From positions 1 to 56,577 of the IMG/VR virus record IMGVR_UViG_3300048855_000094: a DNA stretch of 56,577 bases; one strand, written 5' to 3'. Below the pieces are notes generated by a model that made no database searches, was not told the origin of the DNA, and was given only the letters and a program-made list of their open reading frames with translations. The stretch is from a virus. Its lineage: Duplodnaviria > Caudoviricetes. The position numbers and the translations under genes are program-made. Of the stretch, positions 35,246 through 45,600 are shown one piece after another (position 1 is the stretch's first letter; every line of letters starts with the position of its first letter).

Positions 35246-38200
35246 ATGTCGGGAACAATCGCAGAACTGGGCATCGCGGTTGACTCCGGGGATGCCCTCC
35301 GGGCCGCGGCCGATCTGGATAAATTGACAGAGGCCGGCAACAAGGCCGAGAAAGCCGCCGACGATGTCACGGCCGGCTTCAAAAAGACTGCCGATGCGGC
35401 AGACAAGCTGGCCGAAGCCGAGGCCCGGGCGGCGCAGGCCACGGCAGACGCAAAGGCTCGACTGCTTGAGACCGCCACGGCCTCGCTGAAGAACAGCGAG
35501 TATTACCAGCGGCTGACCACCAGCGTGACGGGCACTGCCACCGCGATGGATGCCAGCCGTGATTCGACCGCGAGCCTTGCCGCGCTACAGAAACGCCTTC
35601 AGGCCGAATCAGACGCGCTGGTGGGCACCAACCAACAAGCCGCCCGGTCTGCGAAAGATGCCGCTGCCGCTACGGGGGTTCAGGCTGACGGATTGCAGGC
35701 GCTGTTGGGCAAGATCAGCCCGGCAATGGCTGCACTGCAAAACCTCGACGACCAGCAAGAGCAACTTAACAAACATCGCAAGGCCGGGACCATTGGCGAG
35801 GACGAGTTCAAGACCTATTCGGCCGACATTGATGTAGCGCGGCACAGGATCAAAGGGCTGGGCGATGAAACGTCGACGTTCAGCCTCAAGACCAAACGCG
35901 CGCGGGAAAGTGTGCTCCAGTTGGGCAACGCGTTGGCTGAGGGCGATTTCCGCGTTGCGGCTCACAACTTACTCGAAATTGGAACAAGCGCCGGTGCTTC
36001 AGCCCTACGGCTGGCGGGCATGCTCGCGCCCATTGCTGCAGTGGGCGCGGTGGTGGCTACGCTGGGCATTGCGTACTACAAGGGCGCGGAAGAAGCCAAC
36101 CAGTTCAACCAGTCGCTGATCACGACGGGCCATGCGGCGGGTGTCAGTGCCGGGCAGCTGGGTGCGCTTGCTCGGCAGGTCAGCGCAATCGTGGGCACCA
36201 CCGGCGCCGCGGCCGAGGTACTGGCCACGCTGGCGGGCAATGGCAAGATCGCCGGGGAAAGTTTCGGTGCGATCACCCAGGCCGCTGTCGGCATGCAGGA
36301 GGCGACCGGCGCCGCAGTCAGCGCAACCATCGCTGAGTTTGTGAAGTTGGCAGACGACCCTGTCAAAGCCTCCGCCGCGCTCAACGAGCAATACCACTAT
36401 CTGACGGCCTCCGTGTACTCGCAGATTGCCGCGCTGGAAGAGCAGGGCGATCACGCCGGCGCCGTCAAGCTTGCGACCGAGCAGTACGCGGACGCGATCA
36501 ACGAGCGTACCCCGAAGATCCTCGAGAACCTGAGCATCTGGGAGCGCGCCTATCTGAAGGTGGCGAAAGCCGCTGATATCCTCGAAAACGTTGGTCGACG
36601 AGACCTCGACTCCGATATCCAGAACGCAAAGGCGAGTCTTCTCGAAGCGCAGAGCATGGACGGGCTGTTTCAGTCCAAAACGTCCAAGGATGCCCTTGTC
36701 GAGTTTCGCCAATCCCAACTGAATTATCTCGTGCTGCAGCGCGATGCCGAGGCCTCACGGACCGAATACCTGGGCAAACAAGCGCAGCTGGAGCAGGACT
36801 CAATCACGGCGATGGGCAAGGTCGATGCCCTGACGAAGTCGTCGCTGACGAACGAGCAGCGGCGCACCGAGGCCCTGCAGGACTACAAGAAGTCGCTCGA
36901 CGCCATCCGTGAGACGGATCCGAACGACCCGCGGCTGGCGCAGTCGGCGATCGATAAGAACATCGCAAACATCAAGGACAAATATAAAGACCCCAAAGCC
37001 GCGACCACTCAGCCGGACCTGACCGGGTTCAACGATGCTCAGAACCGCCTGAAGTCGATCACTGGTCACTACCAGAACCTGGAGAAGGAACTGGAAGCGG
37101 CTCAGAAAGCTGGCCTGGTTTCTGCCAAGTCCTACAGCAGCCAGCGAATCGCGATCGCAGAGCAGCAAAAGGGCGACGTGACGGCCGTGTATGAAGCTGA
37201 GATCGCCGCCCTCGAGTCAGCACGCGGTAAGTCCTCGACCACTGCTCAGCAGCGCATCCAGCTGGACCAGAAGATTGCCGACGCCCGCACCAACATGGTC
37301 AAGGCTCAGAAGGATGCTGACTCCCATCTCACGATACTGGCGACCAAGGAAAAAGACAGGCTGGCAAAGCAAACGCGCTCGGTCGATGCCTACGTTCAGG
37401 CGCTGGGACAGCAGCAAAAAGCGCTCGCGCTCGCGGGTCAACGCGCGGTCGTAGGTGTGGGCCGCGGCGATCGCCAGAACGCGCTGGACGGTGAGCTGAA
37501 TGGCCAGCAAGACCGGTTCGCCCAGCAGGCGCTGGCTTTGGAGACTCAACGGTCCGACCCCTCCCGCGACATGTCGGACGATGAGTACGCCCAGAGGTCT
37601 CAGGCCTTGGCCGACGCCAACAAAAAGGCGACCGACCAGATTCGCCAGAACTACGCCGACGTCGAAGCCGCGCAGGGCGATTGGACCAATGGCGCGACCT
37701 CAGCCTGGGAAAACTATCTCGACAGTGCCCAGAACGTTGCCGGCCAAACGAAAAACCTCTTCACCAATGCCTTCGGCGCGATGGAAGACGCAGTGGTGAA
37801 CTTCGCGCTGACCGGCAAGCTGTCGTTCGCGGACTTCACCAAGTCCATCATCTCGGACATGGCACGCATCGCGACCCGGCAGGCGGCATCCTCGCTGCTG
37901 AGCTCATTGGTCGGCGCCGGAATGAGCTACTTCGGCGGCGCGGCTGGCGCCGGCGCTCAATCCCTGGGCGCCAGCCAGGCCGGGTACTCGTCGGCCTATT
38001 TCCCTCAGGCCAAGGGTGGTGCCTGGTTGGATGGCGTGCAGATGTTCGCCAAGGGCGGGGCGTTTAGTAACGGGATCGTCAGCTCGCCAACCGCGTTCGG
38101 CATGGCTGGGGGCGGGAAAGGCGTGATGGGCGAAGCAGGCCCGGAAGCGATCGTGCCCCTGACCAGAACCAGCAGCGGTGCGCTCGGAATTCGCTCAGTC

Positions 38201-38395
38201 GGCGGTGGTGGGTCAACGATCCAGATCAATGCGCCGGTCAGCGTCGTCACTGAGGACCGCAGTTCGGAAGGTATGCAGCTTGATCAGACCGCGCTGGCGC
38301 AGAACCTTCAGACACAAATCAAACAGGCCGCCGAGAAGGCCGTCGCCGAGTCGTGGCGGCCCGGCGGCGTGAGCTTCCGGCAGTCGAGGACCTGA
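35246..38395 (+). CDS. Tail tape measure protein
   Basis: 1049 aa, Ala-rich helical; lambda H-like motifs DPVKAS..LNEQYHYLT and MGEAGPEAI.PL. Confidence 0.93.
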   Translation: MSGTIAELGIAVDSGDALRAAADLDKLTEAGNKAEKAADDVTAGFKKTADAADKLAEAEARAAQATADAKARLLETATASLKNSEYYQRLTTSVTGTATAMDASRDSTASLAALQKRLQAESDALVGTNQQAARSAKDAAAATGVQADGLQALLGKISPAMAALQNLDDQQEQLNKHRKAGTIGEDEFKTYSADIDVARHRIKGLGDETSTFSLKTKRARESVLQLGNALAEGDFRVAAHNLLEIGTSAGASALRLAGMLAPIAAVGAVVATLGIAYYKGAEEANQFNQSLITTGHAAGVSAGQLGALARQVSAIVGTTGAAAEVLATLAGNGKIAGESFGAITQAAVGMQEATGAAVSATIAEFVKLADDPVKASAALNEQYHYLTASVYSQIAALEEQGDHAGAVKLATEQYADAINERTPKILENLSIWERAYLKVAKAADILENVGRRDLDSDIQNAKASLLEAQSMDGLFQSKTSKDALVEFRQSQLNYLVLQRDAEASRTEYLGKQAQLEQDSITAMGKVDALTKSSLTNEQRRTEALQDYKKSLDAIRETDPNDPRLAQSAIDKNIANIKDKYKDPKAATTQPDLTGFNDAQNRLKSITGHYQNLEKELEAAQKAGLVSAKSYSSQRIAIAEQQKGDVTAVYEAEIAALESARGKSSTTAQQRIQLDQKIADARTNMVKAQKDADSHLTILATKEKDRLAKQTRSVDAYVQALGQQQKALALAGQRAVVGVGRGDRQNALDGELNGQQDRFAQQALALETQRSDPSRDMSDDEYAQRSQALADANKKATDQIRQNYADVEAAQGDWTNGATSAWENYLDSAQNVAGQTKNLFTNAFGAMEDAVVNFALTGKLSFADFTKSIISDMARIATRQAASSLLSSLVGAGMSYFGGAAGAGAQSLGASQAGYSSAYFPQAKGGAWLDGVQMFAKGGAFSNGIVSSPTAFGMAGGGKGVMGEAGPEAIVPLTRTSSGALGIRSVGGGGSTIQINAPVSVVTEDRSSEGMQLDQTALAQNLQTQIKQAAEKAVAESWRPGGVSFRQSRT

Positions 38396-38396
38396 T

Positions 38397-38735
38397 ATGG
38401 CCATTGAGACCTTCACCTGGCCGACCCAGTTTGGCGATACGCCGGACATCAGCTGGCGCACCCGCAAATCGCAGTTCGGCAATGGCTACAAGCAGATTGC
38501 AGGGGATGGCCCGAACAACAAGGAACAGTCGTTTCCCATCACTTACACCGGCACCAAAGCCGCGGTGGTGAAAATCATGGCGTTTCTCAACCGTCACGGC
38601 GGCGCCAAGGCATTCTTGTGGACCAACCCTCTCGGCGAACTCGGGCTGTACACCTGCGAAAAAGCTGCGCCAACGCCCATCGGTGGTGGCCAGTTCAAAG
38701 TCACCGCCACATTCGAGCAAGCCTTCCACCCTTGA
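38397..38735 (+). CDS. Minor tail protein M-like
   Basis: QFGNGYKQ..GDG.N and FL..HGG.KAFLW. Confidence 0.88.
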   Translation: MAIETFTWPTQFGDTPDISWRTRKSQFGNGYKQIAGDGPNNKEQSFPITYTGTKAAVVKIMAFLNRHGGAKAFLWTNPLGELGLYTCEKAAPTPIGGGQFKVTATFEQAFHP

Positions 38736-38744
38736 GGAACCAAC

Positions 38745-39494
38745 ATGCCGTTAATCAGCGACCTGCAGGTGCTGGAGCCAGGCAGCGAGGTGCTGTTGTT
38801 TGAGCTGGACGGCTCCGACTACGGCGCGGACGTGCTGCGCTTCCACGGCTATTCCATTCCGCACAGCCCCGAAGAGTTACAGGCGGCCGGCGTCGATGCC
38901 GATCAGCTTCCCGCGAAGTCGATCTGGTGGCAGGGAGAGGAGTACGGCGCCTGGCCGATGCAGATTGACGGCATCGAAGCCAACGGTGACGGCACCGCCG
39001 TGCGCCCGACGCTCTCCGTCGGCAACGTCAACGGACGGATCACTGCGCTGTGCCTCGCATTCGATGATCTGCTGCAGTTCAAGCTGACAATGCGGCACAC
39101 GCTGGCGCGCTACATCGATCCGGCGAACTTCCCGGCCGGCAACACCGAGGCCGATTCCACCCAGGAATCGATCGAGGTCTGGTACATCGACCAGAAGGTC
39201 AACGAGGACGGCGAGACAGTTTCGTGGGAGTTGGCCAGCCCGGGTGATGTGGGTGGCGAGTCGATCGGGCGGCAGATGACCACGCTGTGCCACTGGTGCC
39301 TGACCGGGGGATATCGCGGGCCTGACTGCGGCTACACCGGCCCGTACTTCGACATGGACGGCAACCCCACGGACGACCCTGAGCACGACGAGTGCAACGG
39401 TCTGCTCACCACCGGCTGCGAGCCGCGCTGGGGCGCGAACAACGAACTCCCCTTTGGCGGCTTCCCGGCCGTATCACTCATCGCCCGGAGCTGA
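38745..39494 (+). CDS. Minor tail protein L-like
   Basis: WQG.EY..WP, C-terminal Cys cluster and LPFGGFP. Confidence 0.9.
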   Translation: MPLISDLQVLEPGSEVLLFELDGSDYGADVLRFHGYSIPHSPEELQAAGVDADQLPAKSIWWQGEEYGAWPMQIDGIEANGDGTAVRPTLSVGNVNGRITALCLAFDDLLQFKLTMRHTLARYIDPANFPAGNTEADSTQESIEVWYIDQKVNEDGETVSWELASPGDVGGESIGRQMTTLCHWCLTGGYRGPDCGYTGPYFDMDGNPTDDPEHDECNGLLTTGCEPRWGANNELPFGGFPAVSLIARS

Positions 39495-39495
39495 C

Positions 39496-40281
39496 ATGCG
39501 CAAACACATCCTCATGGCGGTCCAGGCGCATGCGGCTGCCGAGCACCCGCGCGAGTGCTGCGGCGTGATCGTGGCCGTCGGCCGGGCGCATCGGTACATC
39601 CCTTGCCAGAACACCGCGACTGACCCGAACGAAGAGTTCCGGATCCCGCCGGAGGACTACGCGGCCGCCGAGGACCTGGGCGAGGTGATCGGCATCGTCC
39701 ACTCGCATCCCGATGCGACCAGCCGACCTTCGCCGCGCGACCTGGCGATGTGCGAGGCCACGCAATTGCCCTGGCATATCCTCAGTTGGCCGGAAGGCGA
39801 TCTGCGAACGATCGTTCCCGCAGGCAATACGCCGCTGCTGGGCCGGCCGTTCGTGCACGGTGCCTGGGATTGCTGGCAGGTCTGCGCTGACTGGTACAAG
39901 CGCGAGTGGGGTCTGGATTTCGACGCCTTTAAGCGGGAGGACGGCTGGTGGGAGCAGGCAGATGGCCCGAGCCTTTACGAACAGGCCTACGAGGCGGCAG
40001 GGTTCGAAAGAGTCGGTACCCCGCAGCGCGGCGACATGATCGTCATGGAAGTAGGACGGACGAAGCACCCGAACCATGCGGGGATCTTCCTTGGGTCAGA
40101 TGCGAGGTTGCCTGGCGAACAGGTTACGTTGCACGGCGCGGGGCCGTTTCTGCTTCACCATATGCACGGCAGGCCGTCTGAGATCGTTGTTTTTGGCGGG
40201 CCATGGCATGACAGAATGCGGTTGATTCTAAGAAAAGAGCGCCGAGGCCTACCTGTTCATTCTGGTGATGCTCAGGGATGA
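39496..40281 (+). CDS. Tail assembly protein K-like (JAB plus NlpC/P60)
   Basis: PRECCG, VHSHPD, DCW and NHAGI. Confidence 0.9.
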   Translation: MRKHILMAVQAHAAAEHPRECCGVIVAVGRAHRYIPCQNTATDPNEEFRIPPEDYAAAEDLGEVIGIVHSHPDATSRPSPRDLAMCEATQLPWHILSWPEGDLRTIVPAGNTPLLGRPFVHGAWDCWQVCADWYKREWGLDFDAFKREDGWWEQADGPSLYEQAYEAAGFERVGTPQRGDMIVMEVGRTKHPNHAGIFLGSDARLPGEQVTLHGAGPFLLHHMHGRPSEIVVFGGPWHDRMRLILRKERRGLPVHSGDAQG

Positions 40282-40382
40282 TGATGCCCCGCGTGGGTGA
40301 TAGGGCCGGGCTACGTGAGCATCCCTAATCAGCACCTGTCTCCCCCGGTGAATGGAGTATTCAATAACCCTAGGAGTTACAG

Positions 40383-40718
40383 ATGGCCCGTTTTTCAGTA
40401 GTCGCTTGTTGCATCTTAGCGACAGTAGCATCCAGTTTCGCGTTAGCAGCTCCTGGAACCGCGAGGGATATAAAAGCCATAAAAGAGTCGCTGCAGGGAC
40501 GGCTGAAGGATCCTGACAGCGCCAAGATTAAAGGCGTGGTAGTCGCACCAGACGGGACAATATGCGGGTTCTTGAACGCCAAAAACTCTTACGGTGCTTA
40601 CATCGGGTTCGAGCCGTTTATAGGAATGAAGCTTACCCCCGACAAGTTTTTCTTCTTGGGCACTGGCGACGCTTCTGCTCAGATGTGCGCTGAAAAAGGC
40701 ATCATGCCTAAAGTTTGA
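40383..40718 (+). CDS. Exported protein (signal peptide)
   Basis: Signal ending ALA; LKDPDSAK...CG.LNAKNSYGAY.G motif. Confidence 0.75.
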   Translation: MARFSVVACCILATVASSFALAAPGTARDIKAIKESLQGRLKDPDSAKIKGVVVAPDGTICGFLNAKNSYGAYIGFEPFIGMKLTPDKFFFLGTGDASAQMCAEKGIMPKV

Positions 40719-40756
40719 GCCAGCCCGTAAGTCTGGCTGTTTCTTAATGAGGGAAC

Positions 40757-41104
40757 ATGATGCGAATTCTTATAGGGGCGCTGGCGGCTTCCCTTCTTGC
40801 TGGTTGCGTATCTCCAAGCGACCTGAAAAGCAACACGCCAACTACAAGCGCGACAACCAAGAAATCACCGAAGGATTACGCGATCTGCGTCTTTCCCAAA
40901 TGGCAGGACGCACGGTCCGAAGCTGTGATGTCAGAAACATCCGACGGTTATCGTCTTGTCGTCGGAGCTATGCAGCTGACTGACGAACTGTTGGAGGTAA
41001 AAAAATCCTCAGCGGGCAGTAAAGTCACTTTTTATCAGCGTGTTGCTTGGATGCCCGGCATTGGGCGATCCGCAATCGAGGAGGCGGTTAGAACCTGCCT
41101 TTGA
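40757..41104 (+). CDS. Lipoprotein moron
   Basis: Lipobox LAGC. Confidence 0.8.
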   Translation: MMRILIGALAASLLAGCVSPSDLKSNTPTTSATTKKSPKDYAICVFPKWQDARSEAVMSETSDGYRLVVGAMQLTDELLEVKKSSAGSKVTFYQRVAWMPGIGRSAIEEAVRTCL

Positions 41105-41115
41105 TATACAAACTG

Positions 41116-41138
41116 GCCACCTTCGGGTGGCTTTTTTC
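41116..41138 (+). terminator. Intrinsic terminator after the lipoprotein moron
   Basis: GCCACC-TTCG-GGTGGC-TTTTTT. Confidence 0.8.
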
Positions 41139-41152
41139 ATTTGCGAGTTAAA

Positions 41153-41746
41153 ATGTCCGCATCCGCTTCCTGCAATTCCATGACCACAATTCTGCTTTCT
41201 GGCTCGCTCGCCAAACGCTTCGGACGAGCCCATCGCCGCCAGATCGATTCCGGCCAAGTGTGGGAAGCATTTAAGGCGCTCAAGGCGACCCTCACCGGAT
41301 TCGACGAGGAGATCAAGCGTCTCGACAACCTAGGGATGAAATTCGCCATTTTCCGCAACCGCAAAAACGAGTCTGCTGACAGCTTCGAGCTTGGCGGCAC
41401 CCGCGAGCTTCGCATTGTCCCCGTGCTGTCCGGGAGCAAGCGTGCAGGGATTCTGCAAACGATCATCGGGGCAGTGATATTCGTGGCGTCGTTCTACGTG
41501 CCCGGCATGCAAGGCTGGGGACAGTCCCTGGGTGTGTCTCTAATGGTGGGTGGCGTGATGCAGATGCTCAGCCCTCAGTCGTCTGGATTAAAGCAAAGCG
41601 GCGCCCCCGAAAACCTGCCTTCCTACGCCTTCGGCTCTGCCAAAAACACCACTGCCAGCGGCAACCCGGTGCCGATCTGCATCGGCCGGCGGCGCTGGGG
41701 AGGGGCGATCATCAGCGCGAGCATCTACGCGGAGGATAAAACATGA
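41153..41746 (+). CDS. Tail assembly protein I-like
   Basis: L.G.LAKRFGR, IVPV..GSK and NT...G.PVP...G.R..GG..ISA. Confidence 0.9.
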   Translation: MSASASCNSMTTILLSGSLAKRFGRAHRRQIDSGQVWEAFKALKATLTGFDEEIKRLDNLGMKFAIFRNRKNESADSFELGGTRELRIVPVLSGSKRAGILQTIIGAVIFVASFYVPGMQGWGQSLGVSLMVGGVMQMLSPQSSGLKQSGAPENLPSYAFGSAKNTTASGNPVPICIGRRRWGGAIISASIYAEDKT

Positions 41747-41857
41747 CGGCACCGTCCAATCTAGCTACTGAGCCGATGGTTAGGGTAGCGCTTGAATACC
41801 TTGGCTACCTGCGGGCTTCCTGTCGGATTGACCTAAATTATTACATCGACGAAAGCG

Positions 41858-42502
41858 TTATTGCTGAGATGTATCGGAGGATGGAGACGGTTCGGACTGG
41901 AAATGTTCCGCCTCATAAGCTTTGATGTGGCGCTGAGTTACATCAATGGCGTGTTGGATCATCTGATCCCTCAGTTCGGCATCCGGCTCGTATCGATCTC
42001 TAGCCCAGTTTCCGTCGGCCAGGGACTGTCTGCTAATGAGGTGCATCAACGTCGCCGCATTGCTGAGCAACATAGCAGCCCTGGCAACCTTCCAAGATAT
42101 CTTCTCCAGATCTTTGAGCGCGAAGTCCCGTCTTTCCACTGGTTGCCCAGGCTTGGCTCTGAGCGAGTTAGTAGCCATGCCTTCCTCGCCCTCTGTCACT
42201 GCCCATTGCCAATGTGCTACCGCATTTCTCTCGGGGATTGATTTCGTGAAGTCTCCGAGAGCTTGCAGTATTGATTCATGCAGGATGGCTGGACGTACCC
42301 GATGTAATTCAATCTTGATCACAGGGATCATCTTTTCCGAATTGAGATTGGCCTTCGACACAAGCAGATGCATCTGATGCTCATCGAGAGACATGACCGA
42401 TCTGAAAATGTCATGAATTGACCGTTCGCACTCAGAGTAGTTGACCATGACTTGGCCAATCTCCTTGAGTAATTCCGGCCCGGGTCCAATTTGATATTTC
42501 AC
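41858..42502 (-). CDS. Helical protein with RxxxxH motif (HEPN-like), antisense moron
   Basis: IGQVMVNYSECE helix and ERNAVAH; GTG start after GGGAGGG. Confidence 0.6.
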   Translation of the reverse strand: MKYQIGPGPELLKEIGQVMVNYSECERSIHDIFRSVMSLDEHQMHLLVSKANLNSEKMIPVIKIELHRVRPAILHESILQALGDFTKSIPERNAVAHWQWAVTEGEEGMATNSLRAKPGQPVERRDFALKDLEKISWKVARAAMLLSNAATLMHLISRQSLADGNWARDRYEPDAELRDQMIQHAIDVTQRHIKAYEAEHFQSEPSPSSDTSQQ

Positions 42503-42652
42503 TTAGCCCTCCCTGTCTATGCCCCATTTCCGCTGGCCCTCAATGAGCGATGGAAACTATCCCATCCGCCAACGCTGGCCTAGTGGCATTTCATACACCC
42601 TGTACAAACACCCAGACCGCCATTGGCGGTTTTTTTATGCCTGGAGAAAAGC

Positions 42653-45600
42653 ATGGGCGCAGCCGCACGAATTGACATCACCGGCGCCAAAGGCGGCAGC
42701 AGCAGCCCGAAAGCGCCCATCGAAGCAGCCGACAGCCTGCGCTCCACCAACCTAGCCAAGCTGCTGATCGCCGTCGGAGAGGGTGAATTCGACGGCGTGC
42801 CGACTGCGGCCAACATCTACCTGGATAACACGCCGATTAACGACGCCAGCGGCAACGTCAATTTCCCGAACGTGAAGTGGGAATGGCGCAGCGGTGCGGT
42901 CGATCAGAGCTACATCCCTGGCATTCCGTCAGTCGAAAACGAAACCACCATCAACGTCGAGCTGCGCAGCGACACCGCTTGGGTGCGCTCGCTCAACAAC
43001 ACTCAGCTCTCGGCGGTTCGCCTGCGTTTCGCGTGGCCGGCGCTCCAGCGGCAGGACGACAGTGGCAATGTCGGCGGCTACCGGATCGAATACGCCGTCG
43101 ATGTTTCCACGGACGGCGGTGCGTATCACCAGGTGCTGGACGAGGCTGTCGACGGCAAGACCACCACCCGGTACGAGCGCTCTCGACGGGTCGACCTGCC
43201 GGCGGCAACGTCTGGCTGGCAGATCCGCGTCCGTCGCATGACGGCGAACCAGAACACGAACAAGATCGCCGACACGATGTTGATCGCGGGTTATACCGAA
43301 GTCATCGACGCGAAGCTGCGATACCCGAACACCGCGCTGCTGTATCTCGAATTCGACGCCGAGCAGTTCACCAACATCCCGGCAGTGACGGTCGACTGCA
43401 ACGCCCGCAAGTGGCAGGTGCCGAGCAACTACGATCCCGTTGCGCGGACATACGCCGGCGTCTGGGACGGCTCGTTCAAGTCGGCCTGGACCAACAACCC
43501 CGCGTGGATCACCTACGGAATCTGCGTCCAAGACCGTTTCGGGCTTGGCCGTCGGATTAAACCGTGGATGGTCGATAAGTGGGAGCTTTTCCGCATCGCG
43601 CAGTATTGCGATCAGTTGGTACCGGACGGCGGTGGGGGGCAAGAGCCCCGCTTTCTCTGCGACATAAACCTGCAGGGCAAGGCCGAGGCGTGGACGCTGC
43701 TGCGAGATATCTCGGCGATTTACCGGGGCATGACGTACTGGGCTGAGGGCCAGATCGTGATGCAGGCCGACATGCCGCGCGCGCAGGACTTCGACTACGT
43801 GTTCACGCGCGCCAACGTGATCGACGGCAAGTTCTCCTATGGCAGCGCTTCATCGCAAACCCGCTATACCCGGGCGATCGTCAGCTTCGACAACCCGGCC
43901 AACAACTACGACACCGACGTCACCGCGTATTCTGATCCCGCGCTGCAGCGGCGTTTCGGCGACAAGCCTGTCGAGATCAGTGCGATCGGCTGCACCCGGG
44001 CGTCGGAGGCTCAGCGCCGCGGCAAATGGGTGGTGATGAGCAACAACCAGGACCGGACTGTCACGTTCAAGACGGGCATGGAAGGCGAGATCCCGCTGCC
44101 TGGCTACATCATCCCGATTGCAGACTCGTTGCTGGCCGGGCGCGAAGTCGGCGGGCGTATCTCGGCTGCCGCTGGCCGCATTGTGACACTGGACCGTGAT
44201 ACACAAGCCAAGCCCGGCGACCGGCTGATCATCAATCTGCCGAGCGGGAAGGCGGAAGGGCGCACGGTGAACTCCGTGGCTGGCCGCGCTATCACCGTGA
44301 CGACGGCTTACAGCGAGATCCCGTCGCCTCAGCTGCAATGGGCGCTGGACGCCGATGATCTTGCCATCCCGCTGTACCGCGTGCTCAGCCGAAAGCGCAC
44401 GGCCGAGGGCGACTACGAAATTGCGGCGCTGCAGTTCGAACCCAGCAAGTTCGCATTCATCGACACCGGCGCCAGGCTGGAGGAACGGCCGATCACCGTC
44501 ATCCCGATCACCGTCGTTCCGGCGCCGGCGAGCGTCGCGCTGGCGTCGAACACCGCGATCGCCCAGGGCCTCGCTGTCACCACCATGACCGTCACGTGGC
44601 CTGCGGTCGCCGGCGCGGTCGGCTACGACATCGAGTGGCGCAAGGACAGCGGCAACTGGATCAAGGTGCAGCGCACGGGCTCAACGAGCGTCGATATCGT
44701 CGGCATTTACGCGGGCTCGTACCTAGCCCGAGTGCGGGCAATCAGCGCCTATGACATCTCATCTATCTGGCGCACATCGGTCCTGACCCAACTCAATGGC
44801 AAGGAAGGCTTGCCGCCGGCGGTGACCTCGCTGACGGCCGCGCCGCTGATCTTCGGAATTCAGCTTAGCTGGGCGTTTCCGCCCGGAGCGGAAGACACCC
44901 AGCGCACCGAGATCTGGTACGGTCCCACGACAGACCTTGCTGCAGCCACCAAACTCACCGATCTGGCCTATCCGCAGTCGGCGTACAGCATGCAAGGGCT
45001 GTTAGGCGGTGTAACCTTCTTCTTCTCGGCGAGGCTCGTCGACCGTACGGGCAACATCGGCCCGTGGTACCCGGCCGGGCTTGGCGTGATGGGGCAGAGT
45101 AGTTCCGAAGCCGGGCCGATTCTCGACATGATCGCAGGACAGATCGGTGAGTCGGAGCTGGGCCAGGACCTGCAGGACCAGATCGACAAGATTGAGGATT
45201 TGCAGGGCCAGATTGATGCGCTGGATGGCCTCAAAGCGTATGACCCTGATCGAACCTACGAAAAGGGTGAGATGGTCGTTGACGGAGGGCGCATCTACCA
45301 GGCCAGCGACGCTGTCCCCCTGGAAACTCCACCGCCTGATCCGATGCATTGGATGGACGTGGGCGGGAGTATCGAAACCGCAAACGGCCTGGCACAGCAG
45401 GTCGCGAGCAACACCACCGAAATCACGGAACTTGACGGTGTCGTCACGGCGCAGGCGAGCAGCTTGCAGGCCCTGCGCGCGGCGGCCCGCGATGACGACG
45501 CCGAAGGGGACCTCACTGACGCCTTGGGCGGCTGGATCAGCACGGCGAGTATCGTCACCGAATCCAAAGTGGCGGCTAGCGCGAATGCCGCCATGGCGAA

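Noticed and set aside
41743-41925. 60-aa ORF coupled to tail gene I
   Set aside because: Overlaps the 3' end of the convergent moron and has no recognisable features; unsupported, though not impossible
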